Numbered from the stretch's first letter, positions 29,216 through 56,896 are shown. The stretch is DNA of 64,000 nt from Amoebidium appalachense (GCA_963693365.1 CAVNZM010000018.1:1836728-1900727); one strand, 5' to 3'. Made by a program: numbers and translations. Notes: a model not told the origin generated them from the sequence alone.

Positions 29216-29555
29216 TCCTCCTCCCCTTCTCAGTATCTCCGAATGCCAATTTAATTTCAATCCGTCCCAAAGGACCCCCCCCCCCCCCCCGGGGCCCCCT
29301 GAACCCCACAAAAAAAAGAAAGAAAAGGAAAAGACCCCGGTTTCTCTCGAACCTCCCCCAAGTTTCTTGCAACCATCATATCTAATTGGACACCAGACCG
29401 AATTTACAGCTGCACGTGGTTTAACCAACATCTACTTAAAAACTGAAAGCAGCGTGTGATTGGTGGAACATCACTCACGTGACATCTGGCATGGACGAAA
29501 AACTGGGCCATTGGGTGCGTGTGGTGCCGCGTGGACTGCTCGGGAGTTGCCCCAT
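20836..29555 (-). CDS. FBXO8: F-box only protein 8 homologue (F-box plus Sec7-like domain), ~309 aa
   Basis: Ten phase-consistent exons: 29555-29479, 28646-28532, 27818-27750, 26680-26618, 25926-25805, 25439-25371, 24529-24420, 23428-23281, 22530-22450, 20911-20836 (930 nt). F-box LPKEVVLRIFSFLNATDLC...LWRELC. Sec7 segments IDEGIGLFNVNPPKGLQFL, ILLSLD...NRMSKREFIKNT and LYDDVYLHG match FBXO8 as I recall it (LNATDLC, ILLSID, MSKREFIRNT, LYDNIYLIG). Starts MGQ like FBXO8. Confidence 0.88.
21435..21971. repeat. 45-bp minisatellite, ~12 copies (last intron of FBXO8)
   Basis: Unit ttgtatttttggttRaaatgttatcgatttttctttgtttgctaa, nearly perfect copies. Confidence 0.95.
27318..27497. repeat. Dispersed GGGTC-rich repeat (possible non-autonomous DNA transposon remnant)
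   Basis: taggtttccgggtcgggtcgggtcagacc recurs in reverse complement at ~39693-39728 and in diverged form at ~10063-10099. Weak inverted ends (ggaaaaacggag / ctccgtttttttcc). Confidence 0.5.
27973..28131. mobile_element. TTAA-flanked MITE (Kolobok- or piggyBac-type target site)
   Basis: TTAA at 27969-27972 and 28132-28135. Imperfect ~42-bp TIRs ggagaaagggttcaaaacagactatgtacgctgtcagacta / tagtctgacgaggtgcgtaatctgttttgaatcttttttcc. GG..CC termini fit Kolobok better than piggyBac (CC..GG). Confidence 0.75.
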
Positions 29556-29660
29556 CTCCCTTGTGATATGAAATGGTATGTTCTGGAGCCTACTATAGAA
29601 ACAAGGGAAAAATTTGAAAATTGTGTGGGGAGGGGAGTTGGGGGTGGCGAGGGAGGGTGC

Positions 29661-29718
<58 letters not shown>

Positions 29719-29941
29719 GGAGGGGGGGGGGGGGGGGGGGGGGGGGGAGGAAGGAAATAATGAAAAGAGACACCTCGATGGATGGGCATTGCCAAGTCTT
29801 AGCTTGCCGCTTCTCCACCTCCTTCCCTCCCCCCTCCCCTCCCCCCCCTCCCCTCCTCCACACGTGTACACACACACACACACAGGCATCACAACCACCA
29901 CAACCACTCTCTCCCCCCTTCCCCACCTGTTCCCTGCGCGC

Positions 29942-30041
29942 GGCCTGCACAAATTTTACGTAATGGTTTTTAATCTCTGTTTTTTGGTTTTGGCCTGCAC
30001 AAATTTTACGTAATGGTTTTTGGCCTCTGTTTTTTGGTTTC
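29942..30041. repeat. ~50-bp tandem duplication
   Basis: ggcctgcacaaattttacgtaatggttttt...ctctgttttttggttt occurs twice in tandem. Confidence 0.8.
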
Positions 30042-30384
30042 TGTCTTGTGAACTTCCGTGTCGTCGAATCCATACTTCCCATCCCCTTATGCACTCCCCT
30101 TCCCCTCCCTCTTCCCCCTTACCCTCCGCCCCCCCCCCCCCCCACCCCCCCCCCCCCATCCCCTCCCTCCAAACTACCACCACCCACCATTTCCCCTCCT
30201 CAACCTCACGGAGGCTTCCGAACCTCCATCAATTTGTCGGCCTTCTCATTGTCAACTTTCTTTTTCCCCTAGAATATCCCCAAGTAAACAGACAAGCACA
30301 GAGATGCGCGCAGAGCAATCACCGTAGCAGATCGATACACACACACCGTAGTAGATCGATGCACACACACCGTAGCAGATCGAT

Positions 30385-30465
<81 letters not shown>

Positions 30466-31467
30466 TAAGGAAAACGTCCCCTTTTTGAGACCGTGTTTGT
30501 CTTACATTCCCAAGTAAGTTTTCCGGAACCAACTTTAGAAAATGTTTGCATCCTCGCCTATTGCTAAGTTGAAAAAACACCCCTTAAAGGGATAACAACA
30601 CCCACATGCCGGTTCTGGCGCCAGCTCTCTGGACACGGTGCCACTTTAGTATTTTAGGAGATTATGTTATATGTTGTTTGAATGACTTGTTAGTGGTAGA
30701 TAGTTGCAGCCTGCAAGACGCACCACATGAAGGGAAATTAAACAAGAAAGATAGGGCGGCCCGTTGCACAGAAAAAACGATATTGCAGGTGTGTGTTGTG
30801 ATGGCTCGGACTTTCGTACCTTGTGAAGAAGGATGTTGACCAAGGACCGAACGAAAGACAAGGGTTGATCCAATGATAAAGCTAAGTGGAAACTCTTAAC
30901 AAAGACTCTATTTATCAGACACCAAGTTATGCATATGTTATACAACAGCAAGCGTGGATGCCTGAGGGATGTTGTCTGTGTGCATCTCTCTACCTTGCCA
31001 TCGGACCATTATCATAAGCTTCCTTGCAAACCAAACGACATCTGGGTGGCAAACTTGATGTTGCCAGGAAAAACAGTGCATCTGGGGGAAAAAGCAAATC
31101 TGATAGAGCACCAGAATGCAAATAGGGCTAATACAATTACCAAGCAGAAAACTAGACTCTCAGACTTATCAAATTCTACAATTCGTCCGTTTTTAAGTTT
31201 AATACGAAGCTCCTCCTCTGACCCTCAAATTTGAACAGTAAACGAAATTGGGGGTTTACGCTGTTTACTCGAGGCAAAGAGAACCAGTCTCAGGTATGGG
31301 GGGGGGGGGTTTTGCTCGGAATATCCCCTCAGCGGTATATCATGATCACGTACATAGATGTCGGGTGGTGACTATATATCAGGGTTTACTTTCTCTACGA
31401 GACACCATAAAGACTACAAGGAGAAATCAATTAGTTGGGGTTCCCCGTTTTTTTTATTTTTTTTATT

Positions 31468-31506
<39 letters not shown>

Positions 31507-31538
31507 GGGCTCCCCTCGGGACACTCGGTATCAGCTGG

Positions 31539-31587
<49 letters not shown>

Positions 31588-32571
31588 TGTGTGTGTGTGC
31601 GCGTGCGCTATAATTTTGTAGTGATGTGTTTCTCAAGCCAATCAATACATCTAATAAACAGGTCGTAGTTACGCGTGTTTAGTATAAAATCAAGGATGTT
31701 GTAATTTACAGGTAGGCTATCTTTCTGGGTGTCTGTTGTGAATGTGACGTGTGTGTGTTGCGGTATTATGTGGTCTATCAAACTACATTTGGCGATACAT
31801 GACCGGTTAAACTGGTGTGTGTGTGTGTTGTTTGGGCATGCAAATGATGCCACCTTATACTTATTAGATCTTAAACGAAATCGGACACAAACGGTCTATT
31901 ATATACACATCTGAAGTAGCATATGATTGGTCAAGGGATTTCCGCCAATGAGATCCCACAGCATCTCATATAAGCGAAGGAGTGTAAAACTGACACTTCT
32001 AGATCTGAGTACTGACTCAGCTGAGTACCAATACAAATATTAGAGGCCCTGGGCATTACAATTTTGTTTCGTCTGCTTAGCCTCTTCCCAAAGCATTATA
32101 AAATTTTGTTTTTTATTAGATAAAATAGAGGTTTAATTGGTTTTTTGGGCGTACATACTCGGCATTCTCTTACACAAATCTGACCGGCTCACTGCTTCGC
32201 TCTAATACGTCATTACTGCTTGCGTGGCGTGTGGGGGGGGGGTGCTGGCAGAAGGCGGGTCGTGACGACCTGAAGGGTGAAGGGGGAAGTTGGCAGGTGG
32301 CCGGGGGGTGGGGAGGAGAGAGGGTTGGTAATAAGAGGTGAAATCATTTGATGCAAAGAAAGATTGGGGGGGAGGGGGGGGGGGGGGAGGGGGGGGGCCG
32401 GGGGATTGGAGGGGCTTGAAATCTTGCAATAGATAGTGGTTGGCCTACTTACTGTACATGTGGGCTTGTGGGGGGTGCCGTTATATATCAGCTTGTGTGT
32501 GTGTCTCTTTGTGTGCCTGTGTGTGTGTGTGTGTGTGTGTTTGTGTGTGTTTGTGTGTGTGTGTGTGTTTG

Positions 32572-32620
<49 letters not shown>

Positions 32621-33397
32621 GTGTGATACGTGTGTGTGTGTGTGTTGCGTGTGTACCGGCGTGCCTGTGTGTGCGTGTGTGCCGGCGTTCGTGTATCTCG
32701 TTCGTGTGCGTGTGCGTGTGCGTGTGCGTATGTGGTTGGCCGTGTGTGCTTTTGTATGTGTCTGTGTCGTGTGCCTGTGTGTGCGTGTGTGCCGGCGTTC
32801 GTGTATCTCGTTCGTGTGCGTGTGCGTGTGCGTGTGCGTGTGGTTGGCCGTGTGTACTTTTGTATGTGTCTGTGTCGTGTGCAATGCGCATAACTTCTCA
32901 GTTCGTATAAAGTTTTTTAACAGCTGACGCATACGGTAAATAGATCACATCACAGGAGTCGCTATGAGGTCAAGTTGGTTTGAGTTGTTATTTGCGTTTA
33001 CTATTGGTGTGTTCGAACATGTGGTTCAAGTCTCACGCTGTTTCATGTCTTAGATAGGCGTAGTACCGTGACACGGCACATGCATTTTGTCGGGGCGTTG
33101 CAAAACCTGCCGCCTTACAACCTGAAATATTCACTATGAAACAAATAGTACAATAGAAGCGAAGGTGATGATGATACATACTCTGTTTAAAAGACAGGCA
33201 GGCTTTGCAGAACAGCAAAAAGTTGTTATGTTTTAAGTGACATCATACTTTGGCACCCAGGTGGGTATATCATAACGGGCGTGCGCTTGGTTGCTCGAGA
33301 TCAAGTTGGAGTATTCCTGTGTGTATACTTGCACCACCTAGGACGCCCAAACTTTCTCTTTTCTGATTACTCAACACTGTCAGGAAAGTTCTGGTTG

Positions 33398-33508
33398 AAT
33401 TCACAAGCAAGAAATGTGTATCAGCTCATCAACATAAAATCTCACATGTGCCCTGACAATTCAGAGGCAAGAAATGTGCATCTGCTCATCAACATAAAAT
33501 CCCACATG
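33398..33508. repeat. 60-bp-period tandem duplication
   Basis: aattca..RgcaagaaatgtgYatcWgctcatcaacataaaatcYcacatg twice. Confidence 0.75.
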
Positions 33509-35136
33509 GGCTCTATGTTGGCAGGAGAGTTGTCAAGTTCGGATTCATGGAGAGAGAAAAGCAGACTTGTGAATGTCCGAGATCATCAGCCGAAAAGTCT
33601 TTGAACTGAGCTCGTGTATATGAATGAACAGTTGGTGCGTCCTGACTGTGCCCTTTTCGCCACTCTGGCTGTGGCGGATTTTGCTCTGATGTCGGTTCCC
33701 TTCCTTCAGACCGGCTCTAATGTCAGTTCTCTTCGTTTTTTTGAAACATTGATCAACTGCAAGTTAGGCTTGTGACCTTTGACTCAGCCCGCTTTGTACC
33801 GTGTGACGTCAAAATGACGTCCGGTAGTGGCCACATGATCCAGGGGACCAATTCTCCTGCAAAAGATCGGTAAAGTCAGCACATTTCCCCACAACAAAGC
33901 AGGCAGAAGCTTATGCTGTTCCCGTAATTCTGATTCGCACTTTCCAATATTAGAAACACAAGCGTGTCCAACCCTGTATTGTCTCAAACTTTTCAAAGTT
34001 CGATCGATGCGGCTGCCAGAGCAGTGAGAGAGACTAGCTGAGAGGTGTAGAAAACATGAGCGGAATTTGAAAGCATATGGAAAGGTACGAGTGTTATAAC
34101 CAACCATTATGTAGCAGTATATGTATACAACCTTAATTGTTACCAACCATTTATTGCTTGCTGTTCTTGCTGTTTGAATTCCACTCAACCAGCTGGCCAG
34201 ACACACCTGACATAGCGAAAGCGTGAGGATGAGAGGACCTTTTTCTCGTTTTGTGTTCTGTGTATCTGGACTCCCTCCCGCCCCCCTCCCTCCCCCCCCC
34301 CCCCCTCCCTCCCCCTCCCCCTCCCTCCAACCCACACACACACACACGTGCGCGCGCGCACGCATCCCCACACACATCCCCTTCATACCTTCACGACCAC
34401 ACACAGAAGCACCACACACACGTACACACACGCTTCTCCCATGGTTCTGTGAAAACTGGTTTCCACGTTGAAGGAAGAAGTTTATGTCCTGTGGGTTATG
34501 TGAACTGTCACTTTCTCTTCTTTTGTGGGTCTCGGAATGTGTAAGGCTCCTTCCTGTGGCAATTTGTCAGGAAGATAGCTTTGAACTCCGGGTTTTTTCA
34601 CTCAAAGGGTTGGCGTGGTTCCCTGCATCTCCGTTGTGTACTTTTCATCATGTCCCTTTTTCGAAGCTCGCCCACACACACACCACTCACACGTACACAC
34701 ACACAACTGCACACACACACACACACACACACACGCGCGCGCGCGCACACACGCATACAGGCACGCACACACCTGTGAACAAATAATACTTGCACGCATA
34801 CACCCACGCACACAGGCACTTGCAAATTTTTTTCGCTCATCCAGACGTGCACTATCACACGTACAGACACCACCTGCAGTTACACAGGTGCACGCAAGTG
34901 GCACACATTCCCACCCGCGCGCATGCAAACACCTGCACCACCCTTATACAATGCACACACACACACGCACAAAGATACCGACACACACAGGCTCGCACAT
35001 GCACACACACACAAGCACACGAAGACGAACACTCGCACGTGCGCACAAACACACCCTCAGGCATTCGCACGAACAGATACACGCAGACACACACATGCAC
35101 ACATGCACATCTCTACATACACACGCGTGCCAGAGC

Positions 35137-35212
<76 letters not shown>

Positions 35213-35399
35213 AAATACGCACACACACACGGGGACACACACACCACCTCTAGGAGTTGTATCCTTCCTCTCCTTTTCCCCTCTTTGTTGACAACCTTCA
35301 TCTCCCCTTTCATGACTCCAAGTATGAGACTCCTACACCCAGCTTTGTCGGACTAAACAGAAAACTTACCACTTTCTCTTATCCAGAAACAACTCGGGA

Positions 35400-35487
35400 A
35401 CAAAAAACCTTTTCCCTAAAAACGTAATATATTGGGGGACCAGAAGCCAAAGGTCGCCAGCCCTAATTGGCTGATTGTTTCGCCAAC
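35400..35487. promoter_or_regulatory. Probable promoter / 5' region of the zinc-finger gene, possibly bidirectional
   Basis: Inverted CCAAT box (aattggctgatt) just upstream of a strong Kozak context gccaacATGG. Minus-strand GTAAGT donor at 35369 on the other side. Confidence 0.35.
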
Positions 35488-48930
<13,443 letters not shown>

Positions 48931-49846
48931 GGCGTGGTTCGTGTCGCCTTTTCTGTTTTGGTAGGTGTTTACGGACGGCAAACCCCCCCTTTCTTTTTTT
49001 TTTGCCCTTCACGGTTTTGTGGTCTTTTTCTTCTTTATTACCCTCTTGTCACTTCTGCTTTTAGAATCTGGAAAAGCAAAATGAAATGAATTTGAAAGAG
49101 GGGACGGTGACACGAGAAGGGGATTGTGGAAAGTGAGAGGGGAGAAGAGAGGGGATGTTGTGGGGAGGAGGGAGATTGGTTGTGTGGCGGTTAACAAAAA
49201 ACTTTGAAAAGGGGGGAAGAGGTTATGTCAAAGCAATGGAATCCAGGTGAAGGAGTAACACCGCAGTGATGCATGTAAACCTCCCCCCTCTTAAAGGGGG
49301 GGGGGGGGGGGGGGGGGGAAGAAAAGAAAAGAAAGAAAGAAAGAAAGAAAGAAAGATCGACGATATGTCACACATAATCTTGCATTTTACACGGCAAAGA
49401 CCCAGATAACAAACTGGCTAAACCATTTGGTTTAAATTTTAAATCTATGAGGTAGAGATATGGCTGAAAGACTGAAACAGAGACATCCAGCCACTTCAGC
49501 GGTACTAATAGAAAAGGTCAAAGTGGGATAACTCTGTAGTGAGGATAGCTTGATAATTGGGATACCGCGAAATTTGAAAGCATATTAATCGAAAACCAAC
49601 CCCCCCACCAAACACGTGGCGTCTAACAGGTGATTCCGATTAATCGGATCGGCAGGAGATCGGCAGGTTTTGATTGGTTACCCGGTGACTATGATCTTCA
49701 CGATTATAGTGTATTTTATGGATATCACATTGGTATTTGGATAGTCTGACTCTGGATATACGAAAAACGTGAAAATGTGCATCTTTGCTTTCTTTCTTTA
49801 TTTATTTCTTTCTTTCTTTCTTTCTTTCTTTTTCTTTTCTTTTTTT

Positions 49847-49877
<31 letters not shown>

Positions 49878-50543
49878 GGGGGAGGTCCAGAGAGATTCTA
49901 TAAGAGTGAAGCTGTGGGTGAGTGGATCAACTATTTGTCGTCATTGCTGAGGGACACTAAAATCTAAAGATTTGATTTGATTGGTGGTTGTACCATTATT
50001 TTGTTAAAAATGGCCGTGGAATGGAGGGTTTGATGACAACCACGACAAGAGGCGATGGTGAATGCTGTTATATTGCACGTGTAAAGCAAGCAACAAAAAA
50101 AAAAGACCAACATAATTTTGTATTTCGATGTTTTTTTTCTTACACGATCATGGGCACGAGAATTAATTAATTAAAACATAAAAAATGAAAATTCGTGATT
50201 AGTGTTGTTGTCCATTCGGGGCGGAGAGGCTGTTCTCATAGATAGGCATAGGTGTCGTGGGAGTGTGTGGAGGTAATGTTAGCTAGATCGATTGTACATC
50301 TGTTCTTTTCAGTGCTATAACATGTTACAGTACAAGTGTGTAAAAATTTCGAGTGTTTTTCAAACCTGGTAAAAGCAACCAAGTGTGTCGGGTATACATA
50401 AAGGTGGCTTGGCCATAATTGGAGGGAAAGGGGCCGGAATGTTTTGCAACAACAACAACAACAGCCAAAATAAAAAAAAAAAAAAAAAAAAGGGGGAGAT
50501 GTATTGCGGAGGTCTAACGACGAGAACAAAAGATTTTCATGGT

Positions 50544-50639
<96 letters not shown>

Positions 50640-53126
50640 CCGTGCGTGCATGCGCATGTGCATGTGCATGTGCATGTGCATGTGCATGGGTGAGTGTGTG
50701 CATGGGGATGGCAGAGTTTATGTGCACCTGTGTCAACGTGTCTGTGCATAAGTATGTGTGTTTGCGTAAAATTTATAAACTTTAAGAGACAGGAGACTAG
50801 GTATGTTGGGAATGTGTCGATCTTCATCATATTAACTGGCCCCAAGCGTGCATTGTCGCCAATGTGTTGCACAAAAAGAGTGCAGGCGCACACAGTTATA
50901 TAGTATTACGCACGTGTGCAGATGAGCTTCTGCTGCGTCATCGCTGAGGGGGGGGGGGGGGGGGGGGGGGGATGACTAAAGTTCTTGACGACCGCAAGCC
51001 CTGTTACATAGATGTATAACAGATAATCATACAAACGAATCACTTCAGTAAAAATGAAACGTAACTGCTGTCACTAAATGGGTCAAAAAAAAAATTTTAT
51101 AAAACAATTAAAAAAAAAAGTAGGAATATACTGTTATCATAACTGTAACGACTCTGTCGGCATTAACTTTTTTCTCCAAGGAATGGAATAATGGAACATT
51201 ATTTTTGAATTTTGCAGTACTAGATTAAATTAACTGTCTTTTTGGCCTTAAACAGTCAACTTGGTACACATGTCCCACCAAGGGGTGACCAAAACTGCGT
51301 TTACAACCTCTAAAATACCCTCAAGGTTTCAAAAATATCACCCAACTTCTTCTGCATGGTAAGGTACATTTCCGACCATGGTGTGTGCATGGTGTGCATG
51401 GTAGGGATGCTTCATAGGAAAGTGTCCGGAAATACCATTCAGCCGATAGGAAAATACAAGATTTACTAAAAAGAAATACCATCCAAATTTCGTGAATGTT
51501 CGGCCCTGGGCCCGGACTCCCACCCCGCTGTTGACGCCTTTATGTAGCCATGGGTACGGTTACGGCTCCGTGGTTACACAGAACATGAAGTTGAAGGGGC
51601 CAAAAGATTATCATGGGTGTCAGGAAAAGAACTTCAATACTGTCACACTGGTGCAAAATGTGCGTTCGCCTGTAAACACACACGTGTTTATGTGTGTGTG
51701 TGCACATATGTGTGTGTGTGTGTGTGTGCATAATAAATCTTTAAAAGGCTAGAGTTGTCTGCTCTGACAAAGTTGTGTTTTTTTCAATTCTCAAAGAGCT
51801 AGATTGACTGGGTAACCATTTCATATTGTACAGAACTGTAGCTTAATTAAGGGCCTTAAAAGGGGGATGAAGAAACGTTTGAAGGGAACAAATACCTAGG
51901 CATTTCAGCCCGGCTGCCCGTACTTTGTCCAACAAGGCTGCCCCAAATCTACAGGGGTAGCATAGTAAATGTACTCACATGGTGTGAACTGAAAGCTGTA
52001 TTATAAGAATTTAATATGGGAATGAGTCGCTATGTTCACATCAACAAAAGTTGCCAAAAAGAAAGAAAGAAAGAAAGAAAGATAACCCTTTTGCGCTTAT
52101 TGCTCACCTGCTTCAGATATTCATGTGGCCTATTCCCTTCACCCGCCTCTAGGGCTCCTCCGGCCTGCCCTGACCTTCAATCTGAGAGTTTCGTGTACGG
52201 AGCTCCCTCAACGTTGACCCCTTTTCCACAGAAAGTGTACAGGCAAACATTTCCTTCAATGACATGTAGCACTAACCTCGGCAAAGAACATCTGAACTGC
52301 CGGCACTATCACCGCCACTCACTTACGTCTGGCATCTGCTTAACTTGGAATGCATTGTGACGCTCACACACAAAAAACCACACACAGTACACACACACAC
52401 ACTTTCTTTCTCTCTCTCAACCCTCCCCCCCCCCCCCCCTCCCCCCCCCCCCCCCCCCCCAGCCTCTCTCTCTCTCTCCCTCTCTCTCTCCTTCTCTCCG
52501 GACCTTCCTCCCCCTCTCCTTCCCTCCCTCCCTCCCCTTCTCCCTCCCCTTCCCTCCCATCTCCCCCCTTCCCCTCCCCTCCCCCCTCTCTCCCTCCCTC
52601 CCCCCAATCCTCGCCCTCTCACTCTCCCTCCCCCTCTCCCTCTACCTCTCCCCTCCCCCCCCCCCCCCCCCTCTCCCCCTCCTCTCTCCCTCTCCCTCTC
52701 CCTCTCTCGCACACATGTACACTCTCTCTCCCTCTCTTCCCCCCTCTATCTCTTTCAAACTGCACATTCATTCAAAGCGTCTTGCTCGAACATCAACTAA
52801 TAGCAAACAACTTAGTAAGGAGAAAGGCAGACATTTACACACTCGCACAAGCAGGCACATGCGCATGCATGCACTTGCGCACGTACGCAGGCACGCAGGT
52901 GTACATATGCATGCACTGACACACACACACACAAACCCGTTCACAGAGGCACACAGTGTACACATACACTGACATAGTATATTGATATCATTAATATGCT
53001 CAAGGCACGCACCACAGCTACTACTGGTGTCTACACTCCCCCCCCCCCCCCCCCCCCCCCCCCCTTCGAGATCTCCAGAAGCCCCCCGTGTACTCAAACC
53101 CAGGCCCTGTCAGGGCCTTCCCTAGC

Positions 53127-53158
<32 letters not shown>

Positions 53159-53352
53159 CCCGGGGCCACCCACCGTTGCCTCTCGTTTCCTCCCCATCTC
53201 CTCCCCCCCCCCCCCCCTCCCCCCCTCCCCCCCCCCCTGTCTCTCAGTTTAGCGCACAGTTTGGCACATACCCGTGATAATGCATGCATGTGTAAAAACA
53301 ATACGTACAGGCCCATACACATACACACCGTGACATAAACACACACACGCAC

Positions 53353-53397
<45 letters not shown>

Positions 53398-53929
53398 AAC
53401 ACACAGCCTGTCACGTACATAACCAGCATGGCATGATACAGTTGGGCACATTCTTGCATCCGTTTCAAAAACATGATGTGTACACGCACAAACGCTATGT
53501 ATTGGGGGCACGATGCAATACGCACACGCGCGCGCGCGCGCGCGTCTCACACAACACATACACGCACACATGAAAACAAAGAAGACAAAATCGGTGCACC
53601 AGTCAAAACTTATATAAGAACAAAGGATTTGTTGTGTGGGGGCAAGGGAGGGACACTGCAGCTGTGACGTGGTTATGGTGGTGGTGGTGGACCACTGGTG
53701 GTGGCAGCTTTTTTTTGCCATTTCTTTTTTTTGGGGGGGGGGGGGAGCGGGGGGGGGAAGGGGGGGCCCAGGAAGGGGGGATTTTACAAAAAATGAGTCA
53801 AATACCAAGAAATACCTAGGGGACTAGGTTGGACTGGGGCAACCCCGCAGCAATAAAAGAAAAAAAGACACAAATTTTCAACATGTGCCGGCCTCTGTTC
53901 ATACCCCCATAGGCTGGGGTTAACCCTAG

Positions 53930-53972
<43 letters not shown>

Positions 53973-55122
53973 CCTCCGGATCCCCCCTCCCCCCCCCCTA
54001 CCTCCCTCCCCTCCCCCCCCCCCCCCCCCCCCCCCGTGTCCCTCCTCCCGGGGCACACTCCAACTTCTCTTTCCCCCCCGAGCTCCCCCATGATCATAAT
54101 TATATCATCCGGCCATCGCTGCCCGCCTGCCACATGCCCCACAGGTCACGTGCACACACCGTGGCACACTCGGACACACACACAGCATTGCGCGTACGCA
54201 CACATGTACACATGCGCACCGTCACAGCAGTACGTACATGTCGCACACATAGGCGTGCAGAGATACGGACACCTACACAATCCAGCGAGGCCACACACTG
54301 AGATCTGGACGCACGTGTACACACGCGCACACGCACACACACACACTGCAATTGTAACGCACGCACGCGTTAGGCACTAGCAGCCAGACACATATGTACA
54401 CACTTCGACGAACACTCTCTACGCATGACACACAAAGTACTGTCACCACGCTAACAAAATCTCTTCATGTACATAGTAGTTGGGGGGGAGGAAGCTTAAG
54501 GAAGGGGCCCAGAGGAGGGGGGGGGGAGGGGGACATCCACGATCTCCGAGCTCGAGTAACTGTGTAGTAGGGTTTAAAATTTTGATCTGGTTTTCTGATT
54601 TTCACATTTATTTTGGGGTTTTCATCTCCCGTACATGACATTCATGTGACTTCATACATAGATTTAATGCACCAAATATAAACACCCACACCCACACTGC
54701 GGCAACCTTCGACAAAATTCTAAATTTCAGTTCTCAATCTCTCATGATCATGAGCCATTCCCTAAGTGTTCAAACAAAGTTCTAGATTGACCGATTCACT
54801 TTGCTGGCATTACCCACAGAGCTAATTTGCTAAATGCATATGTACGTCATTCACCACAACATGGGAAAAGAATTAACCATCAACATATCAATCAATCGCC
54901 AGGCACCCCCAAAAAAAACTTAACCCATTCACACTTTCCCCATCAATCCTTGTGCATTTGTGTGTTTGTGTGTGTATGTGTATGCGCATCCGTGCATGGG
55001 TGCCTGTGTGTTGTTTGTGTGTGTGTGTGTGTAGCTATAATACTGTTACCATATTCCCACTTTTTTTTCTGTTTTATAAAACTTTTTTGTATTTATTTTC
55101 CTGAACACGTTCTTCAAATCCA

Positions 55123-55669
55123 CTAATCTTTTAATCCAAGAAACACCAACCCCGGTAAATCTAGCCCCAAACTTCCCCTCCCCCCTCGCCCTCCGTTTCC
55201 TTCGCTCCCTTCAAACTCCACGCACTCCTTCTCACAGGGGGGGGTCGAATCCAAATTTCCATTGCACCAATCCATCCCCCCGCTCTCCGTAGACCACCCG
55301 CTAAACGTACTTTCATTGCTCCAAACGCTCTCAGCCCCCATCGACCTCCTCTTCCTCTCCCTCTCCGCCCGTTCAAACTCCAACAACTGACCCATAAACC
55401 CCAAATTCGGAGCAATGTTCTGTCTCACGCCCTTTAACCTATCGTACGCCGCAGCGAGGGTTAACCACTCCGTACGCATGAGGTATGCGAGAGTAACCGC
55501 GGCGCTCCGGCTGATTCCGCCCACGCAGTGAATGAGTACGCATCCCCCTTGAGCGTGCGCAGAGTCGATGAACTCGAAGCAGGCTTCGAGAATGGGTTGG
55601 AGATCTTGACTCGTCGTGTCGACAAGGGGAATGTTCTGGAAAATGGAAGGAGGGAGAGAGGGGTAGTGT

Positions 55670-55744
<75 letters not shown>

Positions 55745-56120
55745 GGGGGGAGGGGGGGGAGGGGGAGGTGGAGGAAATGTTAGTAACCAAATAAGAAAAA
55801 AAAGAGGGAATATGTTGGGGTTGTGTTGGGCAAATGGGGGGACGGAACCACGGAAGGGGTTTTGCATGCAACTAACTAAAACAATCACAGCCTTTGGCAA
55901 CAGAAGCAGGAGAGGGAAGGGGGGAGGGAAGGAGGAAACGAGAAAAGCAAGCGTGGGAGGGAGGGTGAAAGAGAGTGAGAGCCGAAGGGGAGGGGGATGA
56001 GTTACTAAGCACAAAAAACACAAAAAACACATTCAGGACGGGCGACACAATGCAAATATTGAAAAAGTGCACACACAAGGAGCATGCATTATAAACAGAG
56101 CACATCCACAAAAGTGCGAA

Positions 56121-56151
<31 letters not shown>

Positions 56152-56851
56152 GAATGCGTCATAAAGTACGAAGTACACAAGAACAACGGATAACACGATG
56201 CAGAATGCAAGCCATACATAAAGAGTATGCATAATAAGCAGAGCCCATCCTCAGGGGGGCCCACGTCATCCACAGTACCCGAGTTTCGACCTATTCACCT
56301 CGTTAACGAAACCCAACTCAGATACTGTTTCACTTGAACATGGGTAGGTCACCCGTCTTGATCAGAGACGAGCAGGGTTGCTTATGCAGGCAAGGGCAGT
56401 GGGAAAGGCCGGGGGGTTAAGGTTGCAGCAGTCAGCAGAAGCAAGAAAAATATAGACAGGAACTCAGGAGACGGGGCTTCTGGGAAGCTCCCCCGTCACT
56501 ACCTAAGTCGATACTTCCCTGGCTAACATACTACATCAGCTGAAAAGAATTAAGTCCCGAAGGCTGCAGAATTCGCAATCAGAGGGGAAAATATGAGATT
56601 TGACCCACGCCGCAGGGTAGTAACACGCTTACTAGGACGGAACTTTAATGTCTTCGAACGGAAAGCTATGCCCCCGGATGTCAGCCGGAAATATGGTATC
56701 ACCCATGGCTTTGGGCTTGAAAAAAGCCAAACCGATAGTCCGAGTTATGTTACGCCGGCGGGTAACATGCCGCATGGGTTCCAACGGAGCTGTCGCCAAC
56801 AGAGCGGTGTGTGCATGCGTGCGCGTAATTTGGGGGGGGGGGGGGGGGGGG

Positions 56852-56896
<45 letters not shown>

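Noticed and set aside
30650-31234. Possible degenerate transposase or gene fragment
   Set aside because: Interrupted frames and no motif I can identify.
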